From a virus: a DNA stretch of 45,385 nt. Positions 44,308 to 45,385 of this stretch are shown here, piece by piece. Below the pieces are notes generated by a model, which saw only the letters and a list, made by a program, of their open reading frames with translations, had not been told where the DNA came from and did not search any database. Both the position numbers and the translations under genes were made by a program. The stretch lies in UHGV virus genome UHGV-1373008. One strand, written 5' to 3'. Position 1 is the first letter of the stretch. Each line of letters starts with the position of its first letter.

Positions 44308-45385
44308 ATGGCTACTACCCCAACTAACAAGCCGATTCCCTCTGAAGACCCGCGCGATCTGAAGTTTAACGCCGGGAAGATTGATGAAGAGGTTAACGGA
44401 AGTGCTGATTACTACACCGACAGATTTGGCGTGCAGAGGCTGACGAATACCGGTAGGGATAACCGGTTTCAGACAGCACAAGATGAGCGTGAGGCAGAAT
44501 TTGTTGCATCGCAGGCAGATAAAGAAGCACGTTTTCAGCAATTCCTCTTAAACTCTGGTTATCAGTTTTTAGGAGATTATGAAAATGGACCGTATACAAT
44601 AACTGCGCTTAATCAGGTAATTCGTTATCAGGGTGAATTCTGGCGCTTAAACGCATCAACAACGCCGCCATATACAACTACAGGGATTGATAACACATCT
44701 TGGGCGGTAGATGTGACCCATCTTGTAAGCGTTGGTGATGCAAAATTAAGACAGGATTTAAGTTCAACTACTTTGCCTGGTTTATCATTAGTCGGTCTTT
44801 CTGGTAATGGTAATTTAAACCATCTGCTAGGCAATCATACCTCTCCTGAGGCGTGGGGAGTGGTGCAAAATTCAGAAGCATCAGCTCATGCAAACTCTAG
44901 AAAGATGTTTGACATGTTTGAAAGTTTAAGATCGAAAGGCGGCGGTGTGGTATTCTTTACTCCTGGTAGAACATACTGGATTGACTTTATTCAGTTCGTA
45001 CCAAGTAACGTTGTTATAATTGGCTACGGCGCTACATTAAAGCAAATAAACCCTTTATCAATGTATGGACGCGGTGGTTTTGTGTTTGGTAGCAGTAGGG
45101 AATGGAACTATCAAAAAGCTAAAACGGCATATCTTGCAAACTCCTACCCTGCATCTGTATCTGATTCATCAATGCCTGAGTTGGCTTTAGGTTCATATTT
45201 AAGGGATAACCAATCATATTTACAGTGTGAAAGATGTACTGTGTATGGTTTGCGTATGGAAACAAAATTTACAGATTCTACATATTGGGGTGGTTATGCA
45301 TTTAATACAGTAAACGCGCAACACATCAGATTTTACGATGTTAAAGGAAGTGGTTGGACACAGCTATTCAATTTCGGTAATGATG
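44308..45385 (+). CDS. Tail spike/fiber protein, N-terminal part (partial; continues in frame into 1..1079)
   Basis: ATG at 44308 after GGAGAATG. Open to the window end. The N-terminal anchor domain is followed by a beta-helix-like repetitive region. Confidence 0.6.
   Translation, partial: MATTPTNKPIPSEDPRDLKFNAGKIDEEVNGSADYYTDRFGVQRLTNTGRDNRFQTAQDEREAEFVASQADKEARFQQFLLNSGYQFLGDYENGPYTITALNQVIRYQGEFWRLNASTTPPYTTTGIDNTSWAVDVTHLVSVGDAKLRQDLSSTTLPGLSLVGLSGNGNLNHLLGNHTSPEAWGVVQNSEASAHANSRKMFDMFESLRSKGGGVVFFTPGRTYWIDFIQFVPSNVVIIGYGATLKQINPLSMYGRGGFVFGSSREWNYQKAKTAYLANSYPASVSDSSMPELALGSYLRDNQSYLQCERCTVYGLRMETKFTDSTYWGGYAFNTVNAQHIRFYDVKGSGWTQLFNFGND

Overview
The window reads as a complete, circularly permuted genome (about 45.4 kb) of a tailed siphovirus of Enterobacteriaceae, linearised inside its tailspike gene. 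The tailspike ORF 44308..45385 continues in frame into 1..1079. I found no integrase, CI-like repressor, CRISPR array or IS element.

Gene layout:
- 1483..5698 (minus strand): a leftward early replication/recombination operon with VRR-NUC nuclease, DEAD-box helicase with C-terminal zinc ribbons, DUF669 protein carrying an SSB-like DDDVPF tail, Sipho_Gp157-like protein, and Sak4/AAA_24 ATPase.
- 5717..5829: a divergent early promoter region.
- 5830..8770 (plus strand): rightward Cro/YdaS-like HTH and a primase-polymerase/D5-type helicase.
- 8807..9379: a low-GC gene, followed by a 600-bp AT-rich non-coding region (9380..9984) with AAATCC iteron-like repeats.
- 9985..12723: an array of small, translationally coupled early genes.
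- 12805..44269: a late region running TerS, TerL, portal, MuF, scaffold, decoration, major capsid, head-tail connectors, two tRNAs on the minus strand, major tail protein, chaperone, tape measure, and minor tail proteins M/L/K/J, ending at the tailspike.

The late region is interrupted by accessory content:
- Three paralogous HNH-AP2 homing endonucleases.
- A mid-genome lysis cassette (endolysin, holin-like, Rz with embedded Rz1).
- Several minus-strand moron cassettes, each bracketed by a bidirectional terminator and a promoter.

The most notable single gene encodes a truncated DnaN/beta-clamp homologue, in an operon with a ParB-like nuclease-domain protein. Other standouts are a DUF2829 (Tad2-like) gene beside a Lar-family restriction-alleviation gene in a candidate anti-defence island, and a promoter consensus (TTGACGTAGATTGA / AATCTACGTCAA) that recurs at least 12 times in intergenic regions.
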